Positions 33,239 through 42,457 of a stretch of 48,813 bases of DNA are shown here, piece after piece. Location: assembly GCA_963755025.1 (NCBI GenBank), contig CAVWIH010000018.1:1-48813 (forward strand), in the 5' to 3' direction. Source of the DNA: an uncultured Actinomycetes bacterium (lineage in GTDB: Bacteria; Actinomycetota; Thermoleophilia; UBA2241). The stretch's first letter is position 1, and every line of letters begins with the position of its first letter. The notes below the pieces were generated by a model. That model was not told the DNA's origin. It did no database searches and worked only from the letters and a program-made list of their open reading frames with translations. The translations under genes and the position numbers were made by a program.

Positions 33239-34429
33239 TTACCCCTCCCTCTCAGTGCGTGCCTCGGCCGAGCCCGGCTCGGCGGCGCGATCGGCCGGCG
33301 CCGCGGCGCCCGATTCGTCGGTGGAGCCCGTCAGGTCCGCGACGGCGGTGCTGCGCTTGACCACGCGCCCCTCACAGACCATGTCGGGCCCCGACGCGGT
33401 CCAGACGACGTCGCTCAGGGCGAAACCCTCGGCGACGGCCTCGGGCGCCGGCGTGGCGACCAGGTCGGGCGCGCCGCGACCCACGAGCAGCGGTGCGACG
33501 AAGATCGCGACCCGGTCGATGAAGCCCGTCGTCGAGGAGCGCCCCGGCCAGCGTGGGCCCGCCTTCGAGGAGGATCTCGACGAGGCCGCGAGCGGCGAGC
33601 GCCTCGAGGCCGGTCGCGCAGGTCGACGGCCCGCACGATCTCGACGCCGCGCTCGCCGAGCGTGCGCGCCGTGTCGGGCGCGATGGCGCGGGTGAGGAGG
33701 ATGGTGGGCACCTCGTGCGCCGTGGCGACGAGCCGCGAGTCGAGCGGCAGGTCGCCGCCGCGGCTGACGACGACGCGTACAGGGTCGGGACCCTCGGCGT
33801 CGCGCACCGTGAGGAGTGGGTCGTCGCGGCGCGCCGTACCGGCCCCGACCATGACGGCGTCGGCCGCGGCGCGCATGGCGTGCACCAGGCGGCGGCTGGC
33901 CGGCGAGGAGATCCAGCGGGCGTCGCCGCCGGCCGCGGCGACCTTGCCGTCGAGCGAGACGGCCGCCTTGAAGGTGATGAACGGCAGGCCTTCGCGGATG
34001 AAGCGCGCGAACGGTTCGTTCAACTGCTCGCAGAGCGCGTGCAGCGGTCCCGTCGTCGATCACGACCTCGATGCCGGCGGCGCGCAGGACGGCGATGCCG
34101 CGCCCGTCGACGGCCGGGTTGGGGTCGGAGGCGCCGACCACCACGCGGGCGACGCCGGCGGCGACGATCTTCTCGGTGCAGGGGCCGGTGCGGCCGTAGC
34201 GGCAGCACGGCTCGAGGGTCACGTAGAGGGTGGCGCCCCGCGCCCGTTCGCCGGCCTGCTCGAGGGCGACGGCCTCGGCGTGCGGCGTGCCCGGTCCGCG
34301 GTGGTAGCCCTCGCCCACGCGCTCGCCGGCGGCCACGACGACCGCCCCGACGCGGGGGTTGGGGTGCGCCCGCCGCCGGCCCAGGCGGGCGAGCTGCAGA
34401 GCGCGTTCGAGCTGTTCGGCGTCAGTCAT
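33239..34429 (-). CDS. ribD: Bifunctional pyrimidine deaminase/reductase RibD (three apparent frameshifts)
   Basis: PNPRVGAV, HAE, VTLEPCC..GRTGPC; SLDGK..WIS, VGAGT..DDPLLTVR; LLEGGPTLA; FVAPLLVG. Confidence 0.94.
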   Translation of the reverse strand: MTDAEQLERALQLARLGRRRAHPNPRVGAVVVAAGERVGEGYHRGPGTPHAEAVALEQAGERARGATLYVTLEPCCRYGRTGPCTEKIVAAGVARVVVGASDPNPAVDGRGIAVLRAAGIEVVIDDGTAARALRAVERTVRALHPRRPAVHHLQGGRLARRQGRRGRRRRPLDLLAGQPPPGARHARRGRRRHGRGRYGAPRRPTPHGARRRGSRPCTRRRQPRRRPAARLAARRHGARGAHHPPHPRHRARHGAHARRARRRDRAGRRPARPASRRSPLAASSRSSSKAGPRWPGRSSTTGFIDRVAIFVAPLLVGRGAPDLVATPAPEAVAEGFALSDVVWTASGPDMVCEGRVVKRSTAVADLTGSTDESGAAAPADRAAEPGSAEARTEREG

Positions 34430-34431
34430 AC

Positions 34432-34462
34432 AAAAACCCCGGCGCACACAGGCTCCAGGGCT
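34432..34462 (-). terminator. Expression-platform hairpin (terminator/RBS sequester) of the FMN riboswitch
   Basis: AGCCCUGG...CCGGGGUU stem with a U-run ending 2 nt before the ribD AUG. Confidence 0.65.
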
Positions 34463-34482
34463 CTTGCGACTACACGAGCGCA

Positions 34483-34597
34483 GTCTTCTTTCATCCGGAC
34501 TCTGACCGTCGGCCCAGGAATCTCACCTGATCGGCCCCACCACGTGGGGTTCGCGGGCTTTCACCGCCGGTGGGGAATCTCACCCCGCCCTGAAGAC
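34483..34597 (-). ncRNA. FMN riboswitch (RFN element)
   Basis: GUCUUCAGGGCGGGGUGAGAUUCCCCACCGGCGGU..AGCCCGCGA...GAUCAGGUGAGAUUCCUGGGCCGACGGU..AGUCCGGAUGAAAGAAGAC upstream of ribD; TATACT -10 at 34618-34613. Confidence 0.97.
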
Positions 34598-34663
34598 GTT
34601 TTACTGCCCGTCAGTATAGCGCAACGCCGGACGCGCCGCGAGGCGCCGCCGTCAAGCCCCGCA

Positions 34664-34767
34664 CGACGCGGCTTGGTCGCCGGCCCGGCTGCGACGCGGC
34701 TCGGGGTACGTGCGGCGCGGCCCAGGCTGCGATGCGGCTCGCCGATGGCGACGCGGCTCGCCGATGG
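34664..34767. repeat. Degenerate tandem repeat of about 19 bp (core GCGACGCGGCTCG)
   Basis: Copies start at about 34664, 34691, 34712, 34729 and 34748; the last two are a 19-bp duplication with one mismatch. Confidence 0.7.
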
Positions 34768-34775
34768 GCCGGCCC

Positions 34776-35453
34776 TCAGGCGGCGGTGACGGCCGCCTGC
34801 AGCGCGCGGAAGGCGGCGCTCGGGTCGGGCGCCCCGTAGACGCTGTTGCCGGCGACCAGCCAGTTGGCGCCGCAGCGCACGAGCTCGGCGGCGTTGTCGA
34901 GCGACACGCCGCCGTCGACCTCGATGGCCACCGCGGCCGGCAGGAAGGCGCGGGCGCGGCGCAGCTTGTCGAGGGCGCCGCTGATGAAGCGCTGCCCGCC
35001 GAAGCCGGGGTTGACCGACATGATGAGCACGAGGTCGACCAGGTCGCGCACCTCGGAGAGGGTCTCGACAGGCGTCGCGGGATTGAGCGCGACGCCCGCC
35101 GCCGCGCCGGCCTCGCGGATCTGGGCGAGGGTGCGGTGCAGGTGGACGCAGGCCTCCTGATGGACGGTGATGGCGTCGGCGCCGGCCGCCGCGAAGGCGT
35201 CGACGTAGCGCTCGGGGTGCTCGATCATGAGGTGCACGTCGAGCGCGGCGCCGCGCTCGTGGGCCGCGGGCGCGATGGCCTTCACGACCGGCGCCCCGAT
35301 CGTGATGTTGGGCACGAAATGGCCGTCCATGACGTCGACGTGGATGAGCCGCGCCCCCGCGTCGATCACGGTGGCGATGTCGGCCGCGAGACGGCCGAAG
35401 TCGGCCGACAGGATCGACGGCGTCACCAGGCGCTGCTCGAGTACGTCGTTCAT
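34776..35453 (-). CDS. rpe: Ribulose-phosphate 3-epimerase
   Basis: PSILSADF, HVDVMDGHFVPNIT, DVHLMI, MSVNPGFGGQ, EVDGG. Confidence 0.98.
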   Translation of the reverse strand: MNDVLEQRLVTPSILSADFGRLAADIATVIDAGARLIHVDVMDGHFVPNITIGAPVVKAIAPAAHERGAALDVHLMIEHPERYVDAFAAAGADAITVHQEACVHLHRTLAQIREAGAAAGVALNPATPVETLSEVRDLVDLVLIMSVNPGFGGQRFISGALDKLRRARAFLPAAVAIEVDGGVSLDNAAELVRCGANWLVAGNSVYGAPDPSAAFRALQAAVTAA

Positions 35454-35492
35454 GGTCTCTCCCCTGCGTCGCTGTGATGGCTCCAGTGCATG

Positions 35493-36909
35493 CTAATCCA
35501 CTCGTCGCAGGCGTGCGACGAAGAACCCGGTGGTCTGGTCGCGCGACGGCAGGGTCTGCACGAAGGCGCCGTTGCCGGCGTGGCGCAGGTCGGGGTAGCC
35601 GGCTCCCAGGTCGTCGAGCTCCCAGGCGAGCGGCCGCCCCGGCACGACGTCTTCCCCACCGCGTGAGACGAAGCGCTCGACGACCACGAGGGTCTCGGCG
35701 CGCGCGATGGTGCAGACCGAGTAGGTCAGGGACCCGCCCGGCGCGACCAGCGCGGCGGCGGCGCCGAGCAGGCTCTGCTGCAGCTCCGCCAGGCGCGCCA
35801 CGTCGCCGGCGCGACGGCGCCAGCGCAGGTCGGGCCGTGAGGCCAGCGTGCCCAGACCGGAGCAGGGAGCGTCGAGCAGCACGAGGTCGTAGCGACCCTG
35901 CTGCTCGGGGTCGGCGGCCATCGTCAACACGTCGCGCTCGGCGACCTCGACCTCGTCGGGCGCCCAGCCGGGCGAGGTTGGCGCGCAGCGCCGTGACCCT
36001 GTGGGGCTCGTCGTCGACGGCCAGCACCCGCCAGCCGGGCAGCAGCGCGGCGAGCTGCGACGTCTTGCCGCCGGGCGCCGCGCACAGGTCGGCGGCGCGG
36101 CCGCCGGCCGCGTCGCCGGCGCCGGCCGCCGCGACGGCGGCCGCGAGCTGCGAGCCGCGCGACTGCGGCGTGACGAGGCCGTCGCGAAAGGCGGCGCTCG
36201 ACTCGAGCGCGGCGCCGTCGAGCAGCAGGGCGTCGGGTGTGGCGCGCGCGACCTCGGGCGACGAGCCGGTGACCGGCCGCGCGGCGATGCCGTCGGCGGC
36301 CAGAGCGTCGCTGGCCTCGGCGACCGTCGCTCGCAGGCGATTCACGCGCACGCAGCGTTCGGCCGGCAGGTTGTCGGCGGTCATGAGCTCGGCGGCCGCC
36401 TTGGCGCCGAGCTCGTGCGCCCAGAGGGCGACGAGCCAGTCGGGGTGCGAGTAGCGCAGCGCCAGCGCCTCGGTCGAGTCGGCGGCCGACAGGCGGGCGA
36501 GCTCGGCGCGACCATCGGCCGCCACGCGGCGCAACACGGCGTTCACGAACGAGCCGGTGCGCTGGCCGTGGCGCTTGGCGAGCTCGACCGCGTCGTTCAC
36601 GGCGGCGTGGGCCGGCACGCGGTCGAGGTAGAGCAGCTGGAAGGCGCCCAGGCGCAGCGCCTGGCGCACGTCGGGGCGCAGTCGCGCCGACGAGGCGCTC
36701 GAGAAGGCGGCGATCACGCGATCGAGCGAGTTGCGCCGTTTGATGGTGCCCATCACGAGCTCGTAGGCCAGGCCGCGGTCGCGCCCTTCGAGGGCGCCGA
36801 ACTCGGTGGCCGCGGCGGCGGCGAGCTCGAAGGGGGCGTGGCTGGCGGCCTCGCGTACGAGCACGTTGAAGGCGGCGCTGCGCGCCGGTGCGACCGCTGC
36901 GCCGGTCAC
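35493..36909 (-). CDS. rsmB: 16S rRNA m5C967 methyltransferase RsmB/Sun (apparent frameshift near 35955)
   Basis: NusB-like N-domain (HAAVNDAVELAK, FVNAVLR), YSHPDW, DLCAAPGGKT, LLDAPCSGLG, YSVCT, GFFVARL. Confidence 0.94.
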
Positions 36910-36916
36910 GCGAGCT

Positions 36917-37813
36917 CTAGCCCTGCGCCAGGCGCCGGCCGGCGCCGCGCAGGTAGTCGTGAGCGCTCATGCGCTTCCGGCCGGCCTCTTGCAGCTCGAG
37001 GATCTCGAGGTGGCCGCGGCCGGTGGGCACGATCAGCCGGTCGAGCGCGCGACCGCCGTCGGGCAGGGCGGCGAGCGGCGTGGCCTTCCAGAGCAGCACG
37101 CGCCGGCCGCCGAGCTCGGTGTGCGCGCCCACGTCGGGAGAGAGCGCCCGCACCTGGTCGGCGATCTCAGCGGCCGGCCGGCGCCAGTCGACCGCGCGGT
37201 CGGCCTCGGTGATCTTGGCGGCGTAGTCGGCATCGCCCCGCTGGGGCGTGTACGCGAGACTGCCGTCGGCCATGGCGGCGAGCGTGGCGAGCAGGCTGTC
37301 GGCCGCGGGACCGGCGAGCAGCTCGTAGGCGGCGCCCGCGTCGGCGTCGGGCGGCACGGTCACCTCGCGCTCGTCGGCGATCGGCCCTTCGTCGATGCCG
37401 GGCGCCATGGCGATGGTGGACACCCCGAGACGGGTCTCGCCCGCCATGAGGGCGCGCACCACCGGCGCCGCGCCGCGCCAGTGCGGCACGAGCGACGGGT
37501 GGACGACCAGCGAGGGCAGGGCCGTGAACAGTTCGGGCGGCACGATGCGCCCGTAGGCGCAGGCCACCAGCACGTCGGGGGTGAAGGCGAGCAGGTCGGC
37601 GCGGGCCTCGGGAGCGCGCAGGTCGTCGGGCTGCACCACGGGCACGCCGAGCTCGAGGGCAGCCTCTTTGAGCACGGAGGGCTGCGGCGCGCCGTGGCGG
37701 CCGCGCGGGCGGTCGGGCGTGGTCAGGCAGACGACGATCTCGTGGGGCGAGGCGACGACCTTGGAGAGGACGAGCACCGCGAAGCGTGCCGTACCGGCCC
37801 AGGCGATCCTCAA
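36917..37813 (-). CDS. fmt: Methionyl-tRNA formyltransferase
   Basis: TPDRPRGR, CAYGRI, VHPSLVPHWRGAAPV, GIDEGPI, YAAKI; def-fmt-rsmB synteny. Confidence 0.95.
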   Translation of the reverse strand: MRIAWAGTARFAVLVLSKVVASPHEIVVCLTTPDRPRGRHGAPQPSVLKEAALELGVPVVQPDDLRAPEARADLLAFTPDVLVACAYGRIVPPELFTALPSLVVHPSLVPHWRGAAPVVRALMAGETRLGVSTIAMAPGIDEGPIADEREVTVPPDADAGAAYELLAGPAADSLLATLAAMADGSLAYTPQRGDADYAAKITEADRAVDWRRPAAEIADQVRALSPDVGAHTELGGRRVLLWKATPLAALPDGGRALDRLIVPTGRGHLEILELQEAGRKRMSAHDYLRGAGRRLAQG

Positions 37814-37816
37814 GGC

Positions 37817-38419
37817 CTACAGGCCCGAGCCGGACGAAACGGGAGAGACGGCGATCTGGCGCTCGCGGAACTCGCGCAGGGCGCGGGCGCGCTCGTCGCG
37901 CGTGGCGCGCTCGAGGATGAGGATGCCGTCGAGGTGATCGGTCTCGTGCTGGATGACGCGCGCCTCGAGGCCTTCGGCCTCGAATTCGAGGCGCCGTCCG
38001 CGCACGTCGCGAGCCCGCACGTGGACGGCGACCGCGCGCTCGACGTCGAGGTTCATGCCGGGCAGGCTCAGGCAGCCCTCTTCGGCGACCTCGGTCTCGC
38101 GCGAGGCCGCGACGATCCTGGGGTTCACCAGCGTCACCGGCTCGTCGTCGACTTCGTAGACCAGCACGCGCTGGACAACACCGAGCTGCGTGGCCGCGAG
38201 GCCCACCCCGGGCGCGTCGCGCATGACGGCGATCATGCGCCGCGACAGCGCGGCGAGCTCATCGTCGAACTTGTCGACCGGCCGCGCCTGTTCGCGCAAC
38301 ACGGGGTCGCCGAGCGTACGGATCTGGCGGCGCGCGGCGGCCTGGCGCTCGGGCGGCACCTCGGCCCGCTCGCGACGCCCCTTGGCGGGACCGCGTTCTG
38401 TGCGTTCGGTCTGACTCAT
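37817..38419 (-). CDS. def: Peptide deformylase
   Basis: GVGLAATQ, EGCLS, QHETDHLDG; ATG at 38419. Confidence 0.97.
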   Translation of the reverse strand: MSQTERTERGPAKGRRERAEVPPERQAAARRQIRTLGDPVLREQARPVDKFDDELAALSRRMIAVMRDAPGVGLAATQLGVVQRVLVYEVDDEPVTLVNPRIVAASRETEVAEEGCLSLPGMNLDVERAVAVHVRARDVRGRRLEFEAEGLEARVIQHETDHLDGILILERATRDERARALREFRERQIAVSPVSSGSGL

Positions 38420-38425
38420 GACGGT

Positions 38426-38431
38426 ATTGTA
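38426..38431 (-). promoter_or_regulatory. -10 element (TACAAT) of a probable leaderless def promoter
   Basis: TACAAT 6 nt before the ATG; no SD between them. Confidence 0.6.
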
Positions 38432-38438
38432 CCCCGCC

Positions 38439-40745
38439 TCATAACCATTGTGGCTCGACGTCGACGACGAGGCGCGCGCCGCGCCGCGCGAAGCGCGCGC
38501 CGTAGCGCGCGAGCAGCTGGCGCATGACCGGCAGGGTCTCCTCGACGGCGGCGCTCTTGACCACCAGCCGAGCCACGTAGCGGGCCCGTTCGCGCGACAG
38601 CGGCCCCGGCCCGATGACAAGCTCGTCGTGGCGCAGGGCGGCGCGCAGGCGGGTGGCCACGAAGGCCGCGCCGGCGGTCGCCTTGTCGGCCGCGGTCGAC
38701 GACACCTCGACGGCCAGCAGCGTGCTCGACGGCGGGTAGCCGAGCGCCTCGCGGCGGGCGACCTCGTCGTCGTAGAAGCGCTCGTGCTCGCCCGAGGCCG
38801 CCAGGGCGATGGGCCGCGCCTGGGGGTCGAGGGTCTGCACCAGCACCCGCCCCGGGTGCTCGCCGCGGCCGCTGCGGCCACCGACCTGCACGAGCATGGC
38901 GAAGGTGCGCTCTTCGGCGCGAAAGTCGGGAAAGCGCAGCGTGAGGTCGGCGTTGACGACCCCCACCAGGGTGACGTCGGGAAAGTGGTGGCCCTTGGCG
39001 ATCATCTGCGTGCCGACCAGCACCTTGCTGCCCGGCGCGGCGAAGCGCTCGAGCACGTCGGAGAGGCGCGCGAACGAACCGGCCACGTCGGAGTCGAGGC
39101 GCAGCAGCTCGATGCCGGGCAGCAGGCCGGCGACCTCGCGCTCGAGGGCCTCGGTGCCGTAGCCGTAGCGCGCCAGCTCCATGCTCTGGCAGGCCGGACA
39201 CACGCCCGGGGCCGGCTCGTGGTAGTCGCAGATGCGGCAGCGCAGCCGGTCGCCGCGGGCGAAGTACGCGAGGGCGACGTCGCAGTGCGGGCAGACCCAC
39301 GTGTGGCCGCAATGGCTGCAGGCGAGCAGGCTGGCGTAGCCGCGGCGGTTGAGGAAGAGGATGACCTTGTCGCCGGCCTCGACCGCCTGCGTCATGGCGC
39401 GCGACAGCGGCGCCGACAGCAGCCCGGGCGTGTCGCGGATGTCGACGATCTCGAGGCGCGGCGGCACCGAGCCGTCGACCCGCCGGGTGAGGTCGGCGTG
39501 GCGCACCGTGCGGGCGAAGGCCTCTATGCTCGGCGTCGCCGAGCCCAGCACCAGGGCGGCTCCGGTGCGCGCCGCGCGCCAGGCCGCCACCGTGCGCGCG
39601 TCGTAGCGTGGGTCGTTGTCCTGTTTGTACGAGGCGTCGTGCTCTTCGTCGACGACGATCAGGCCCAGGTCGCGCAGCGGGGCGAACACCGCCGAGCGGG
39701 CGCCCAGCGCAAGGCGCGCGCGCCCGCTCGCCGTCTCGCGCCAGGCGGCCAGGCGCTCGCCCTGCGAGAGGCCGGAGTGGAAGACGGCGATGCGTTCGCC
39801 CGGAAAGCGCGCCGTGAGGCGGGCGATCGTCTGCCCGGTCAGGCCGATCTCGGGCACCAGCATGAGGACGCCGTGCCCCGAGCGCAGCACGGCTTCGGCG
39901 GCGCGCAGGTAGACCTCGGTCTTGCCGCTGCCCGTCACGCCGTGCAGCAGGACGGGTTCGCCGCGGCCGCCGGCGGCGAGGACCTGGGCGAGCGCCGCTT
40001 CTTGCTCGGGGAGCAGCGTGGGCGCCGCCTCGGCGGCGCCCGGGCGGCGCTGCTCGTCGCCGGCCACGCGCAGCACGTCGTCGGCGAGCAGCCGCTCGAG
40101 GCCGCGCGTGCTCACGCCGGCGTGCTCGCGCAGCGCGGCCTCGTCGACGCTGCGGCGGCGCTGCACGTACTCGAGCGCCGCGCGCTGGCGCGCCCCGAGC
40201 CGGCCCGGCTGCCCCTCCCCCACCTTCAGCAGACGCGGCGCGGTGCGCGCGCCGGCGACGTGCAGCGAGTAGCTCGCGGCAAGCCAGCCACGGCGGCGCA
40301 GGCGCGGCGCGGCGGCGTCGGCCGAGGCGCCGCCGACGTAGCGTGCGAGGGCTTCGGCGCCGCGCTCGCCGGCCGCCAGCGCGGCCAGACCGGCGGCAGT
40401 CGGCACGAGCTGACGGCGCAGGTTGAGGGCGCCGGCCGGCGGCAGCACGAGGGCCAGGGCGGCGCCCAGCGTGGTGAGGTAGTGGTCGCACACCCGGACG
40501 GCCGTGTCGAGCAGCTCCTCGGGCACGGCGGGCAGGTCGATCGCCGAGAGCACCGGCAGGTGGCGCCCGGTGTGGGCGGAGGTCGCGGAGAGGCCCAGCA
40601 CTACCCCCAGGACCGTCTGCGCGCCCAGGCGCACCGCCACGACCGAGCCGCGCCGCACGACGGCGGCGAGGTCGTCGGGCACGAGGTAGTCGAACGGCTC
40701 CTCGAGCGCCCGGGCGGTCAGCAACGGAAAGACAGCGGCATACAT
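38439..40745 (-). CDS. priA: Primosomal protein N' (replication restart helicase)
   Basis: FDY, HGVTGSGKTEVY, DEEHD.SYKQ, GSATPS, LNRRGY, four CxxC, GTQMIAKG, QVGGRSGR; ATG at 40745 with AGGTG SD. Confidence 0.97.
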   Translation of the reverse strand: MYAAVFPLLTARALEEPFDYLVPDDLAAVVRRGSVVAVRLGAQTVLGVVLGLSATSAHTGRHLPVLSAIDLPAVPEELLDTAVRVCDHYLTTLGAALALVLPPAGALNLRRQLVPTAAGLAALAAGERGAEALARYVGGASADAAAPRLRRRGWLAASYSLHVAGARTAPRLLKVGEGQPGRLGARQRAALEYVQRRRSVDEAALREHAGVSTRGLERLLADDVLRVAGDEQRRPGAAEAAPTLLPEQEAALAQVLAAGGRGEPVLLHGVTGSGKTEVYLRAAEAVLRSGHGVLMLVPEIGLTGQTIARLTARFPGERIAVFHSGLSQGERLAAWRETASGRARLALGARSAVFAPLRDLGLIVVDEEHDASYKQDNDPRYDARTVAAWRAARTGAALVLGSATPSIEAFARTVRHADLTRRVDGSVPPRLEIVDIRDTPGLLSAPLSRAMTQAVEAGDKVILFLNRRGYASLLACSHCGHTWVCPHCDVALAYFARGDRLRCRICDYHEPAPGVCPACQSMELARYGYGTEALEREVAGLLPGIELLRLDSDVAGSFARLSDVLERFAAPGSKVLVGTQMIAKGHHFPDVTLVGVVNADLTLRFPDFRAEERTFAMLVQVGGRSGRGEHPGRVLVQTLDPQARPIALAASGEHERFYDDEVARREALGYPPSSTLLAVEVSSTAADKATAGAAFVATRLRAALRHDELVIGPGPLSRERARYVARLVVKSAAVEETLPVMRQLLARYGARFARRGARLVVDVEPQWL

Positions 40746-40885
40746 GCGGTCACCTGCCCCCAGTCTGCTCGCCGGCGGGGACGGAGAAGGGCGCGAGACG
40801 GCGACGAGGCTGACGCCATGAGTGCGAGGAGAGCTCAGCACGGCGACGCAGCCTGGACCCTGAAGGCGAGCGTGGGCGGCCCAAC

Positions 40886-40932
40886 GAAAGACCGACCCGG
40901 CGGCGAAGCGCAGGCGAGCCGCCGGGTCGGTC
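40886..40932 (-). terminator. Strong hairpin downstream of metK (probable terminator)
   Basis: Perfect 15-bp stem GACCGACCCGGCGGC/GCCGCCGGGTCGGTC followed by UUUCGUU. Confidence 0.65.
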
Positions 40933-40949
40933 CATGAGCGGGCGTCAGC

Positions 40950-42185
40950 CTAGCCGACGACCGGCTCGGCTTCGAGCTTGAGGCCGGCCGCGGCGCGCAG
41001 CGCCGCGGCCTTGTCGGTGCGCTCCCACGTGAAGTCGTGGTCGGTGCGCCCGAAGTGGCCGTAGGTCGCCGTCTTGCGGTAGATCGGGCGGCGCAGGTCG
41101 AGGTCGCGGATGATGGCGGCGGGGCGCAGGTCGAAGTGCTCGCGCACGAGCGCCTCGATCGACTCGACCGAGATCGTCTCGGTGCCGTGGCAGTCGATCA
41201 TGACCGACACCGGGTGGGCCACGCCGATGGCGTAGGCCACCTGCACCTCGCAGATCTCGCAGAGGCCGGCGGCCACGACGTTCTTGGCGACGTAGCGCGC
41301 GGCGTAGGCGCCGGAGCGGTCGACCTTGCTCGGGTCTTTACCCGAGAAGGCGCCGCCGCCGTGGCGCGCGGCGCCGCCGTAGGTGTCGACGACCAGCTTG
41401 CGGCCGGTGAGGCCGGTGTCGCCCATGGGTCCGCCCACGACGAAGCGCCCGGTCGGGTTGACGAGGGTGATCTCGGCGATGCGGGCGACGTCGTAGAGCT
41501 CCTTGGGCAGGATCGGTTCGACCACGTGCTCGAGCAGATCGGGCTTGATCAGCATGTCGACGTCGGCTTCGGGGGCGTGCTGGGTGGCCAGCACGACGCG
41601 CACGATCTCGACGGGACGCTGGCCCTCGTAACGCACGGTGACCTGCGACTTGCCGTCGGGGCGCAGGTAGGGCAGCACGTCGGCCTTGCGCACCTCGGCC
41701 ATGCGCTTGGTGAGCTTGTGGGCGAGCATGATGGGCAGCGGCATGAGCTCGGGCGTCTCGCTGCAGGCGTAGCCGAACATCATGCCCTGGTCGCCGGCGC
41801 CCTGGCTGTCGAGCTCGTCGTCGTCGTTGACGTCGGTGCGCACCTCGTAGGCCCGTCCCACGCCCTGGGCGATGTCGGGGGACTGCTCGTGGATGGTGGT
41901 GATGACCGAGCAGGTCTCGTGGTCGAAGCCGAACGAGGAATGCGAGTAGCCGACGTCTTTGACGACGTCGCGCACCACGCGCGGGATGTCGATGTAGGTC
42001 TGCGTGCTGATCTCGCCCGAGACCATGACGAGCCCCGTGGTGGTGAGGGTCTCGCAGGCGACGCGGCTGAAGGGATCTTCAGAGAGCGCGGCGTCGAGGA
42101 TGGCGTCGGAGATCTGGTCGGCGATCTTGTCGGGGTGACCCTCGGTCACCGACTCCGAACTGAACAGGTGCTCGTGCTTGTCCAC
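40950..42185 (-). CDS. metK: S-adenosylmethionine synthetase
   Basis: [44 protein letters not shown]; GTG at 42185 with AGGAGG SD. Confidence 0.98.
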   Translation of the reverse strand: MDKHEHLFSSESVTEGHPDKIADQISDAILDAALSEDPFSRVACETLTTTGLVMVSGEISTQTYIDIPRVVRDVVKDVGYSHSSFGFDHETCSVITTIHEQSPDIAQGVGRAYEVRTDVNDDDELDSQGAGDQGMMFGYACSETPELMPLPIMLAHKLTKRMAEVRKADVLPYLRPDGKSQVTVRYEGQRPVEIVRVVLATQHAPEADVDMLIKPDLLEHVVEPILPKELYDVARIAEITLVNPTGRFVVGGPMGDTGLTGRKLVVDTYGGAARHGGGAFSGKDPSKVDRSGAYAARYVAKNVVAAGLCEICEVQVAYAIGVAHPVSVMIDCHGTETISVESIEALVREHFDLRPAAIIRDLDLRRPIYRKTATYGHFGRTDHDFTWERTDKAAALRAAAGLKLEAEPVVG

Positions 42186-42252
42186 GTGGTCCTCCTGGCT
42201 CGCGCCTTGGTCACGGCATGCGCGAACGTCACGACGATTTTCGAGCCTGTGC

Positions 42253-42406
42253 CAGGTCGACCCATCTGTCAGGCTCATCGCCTGCTGGAGTTGGCACCGT
42301 GCCGTGCGACCGGTTGCCGGGCTTCGTAGGGCCAGTCCCTCAGCCAGGACCGCCGTCACGCTCGCGCGCGCCGACGGCCTCTCTCGTGATGGGTCAAAAC
42401 GACCTG
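42253..42406 (-). ncRNA. SAM-I (S-box) riboswitch, variant with an inserted hairpin
   Basis: P1 GACCCAUC/GAUGGGUC; GAGGGACUGGCCCUACGAAGCCCGGCAACC; ACGGUGCCAACUCCAGCAGG..CCUGACAGAUG; upstream of metK. Confidence 0.93.
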
Positions 42407-42412
42407 TCGGCG

Positions 42413-42442
42413 AGTGTATCAGACCGGCGCGCGCCCGGACAA
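42413..42442 (-). promoter_or_regulatory. Candidate metK promoter
   Basis: TTGTCC (42442-42437), 18-nt spacer, TACACT (42418-42413); predicted start coincides with the 5' end of the extended P1. Confidence 0.55.
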
Positions 42443-42457
42443 CGATGCTGGGGGCTT

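Noticed and set aside
34664-34767. Possible mini-CRISPR array
   Set aside because: Repeats are about 13 bp and degenerate, spacers are under 15 nt, and there are no cas genes in the window.
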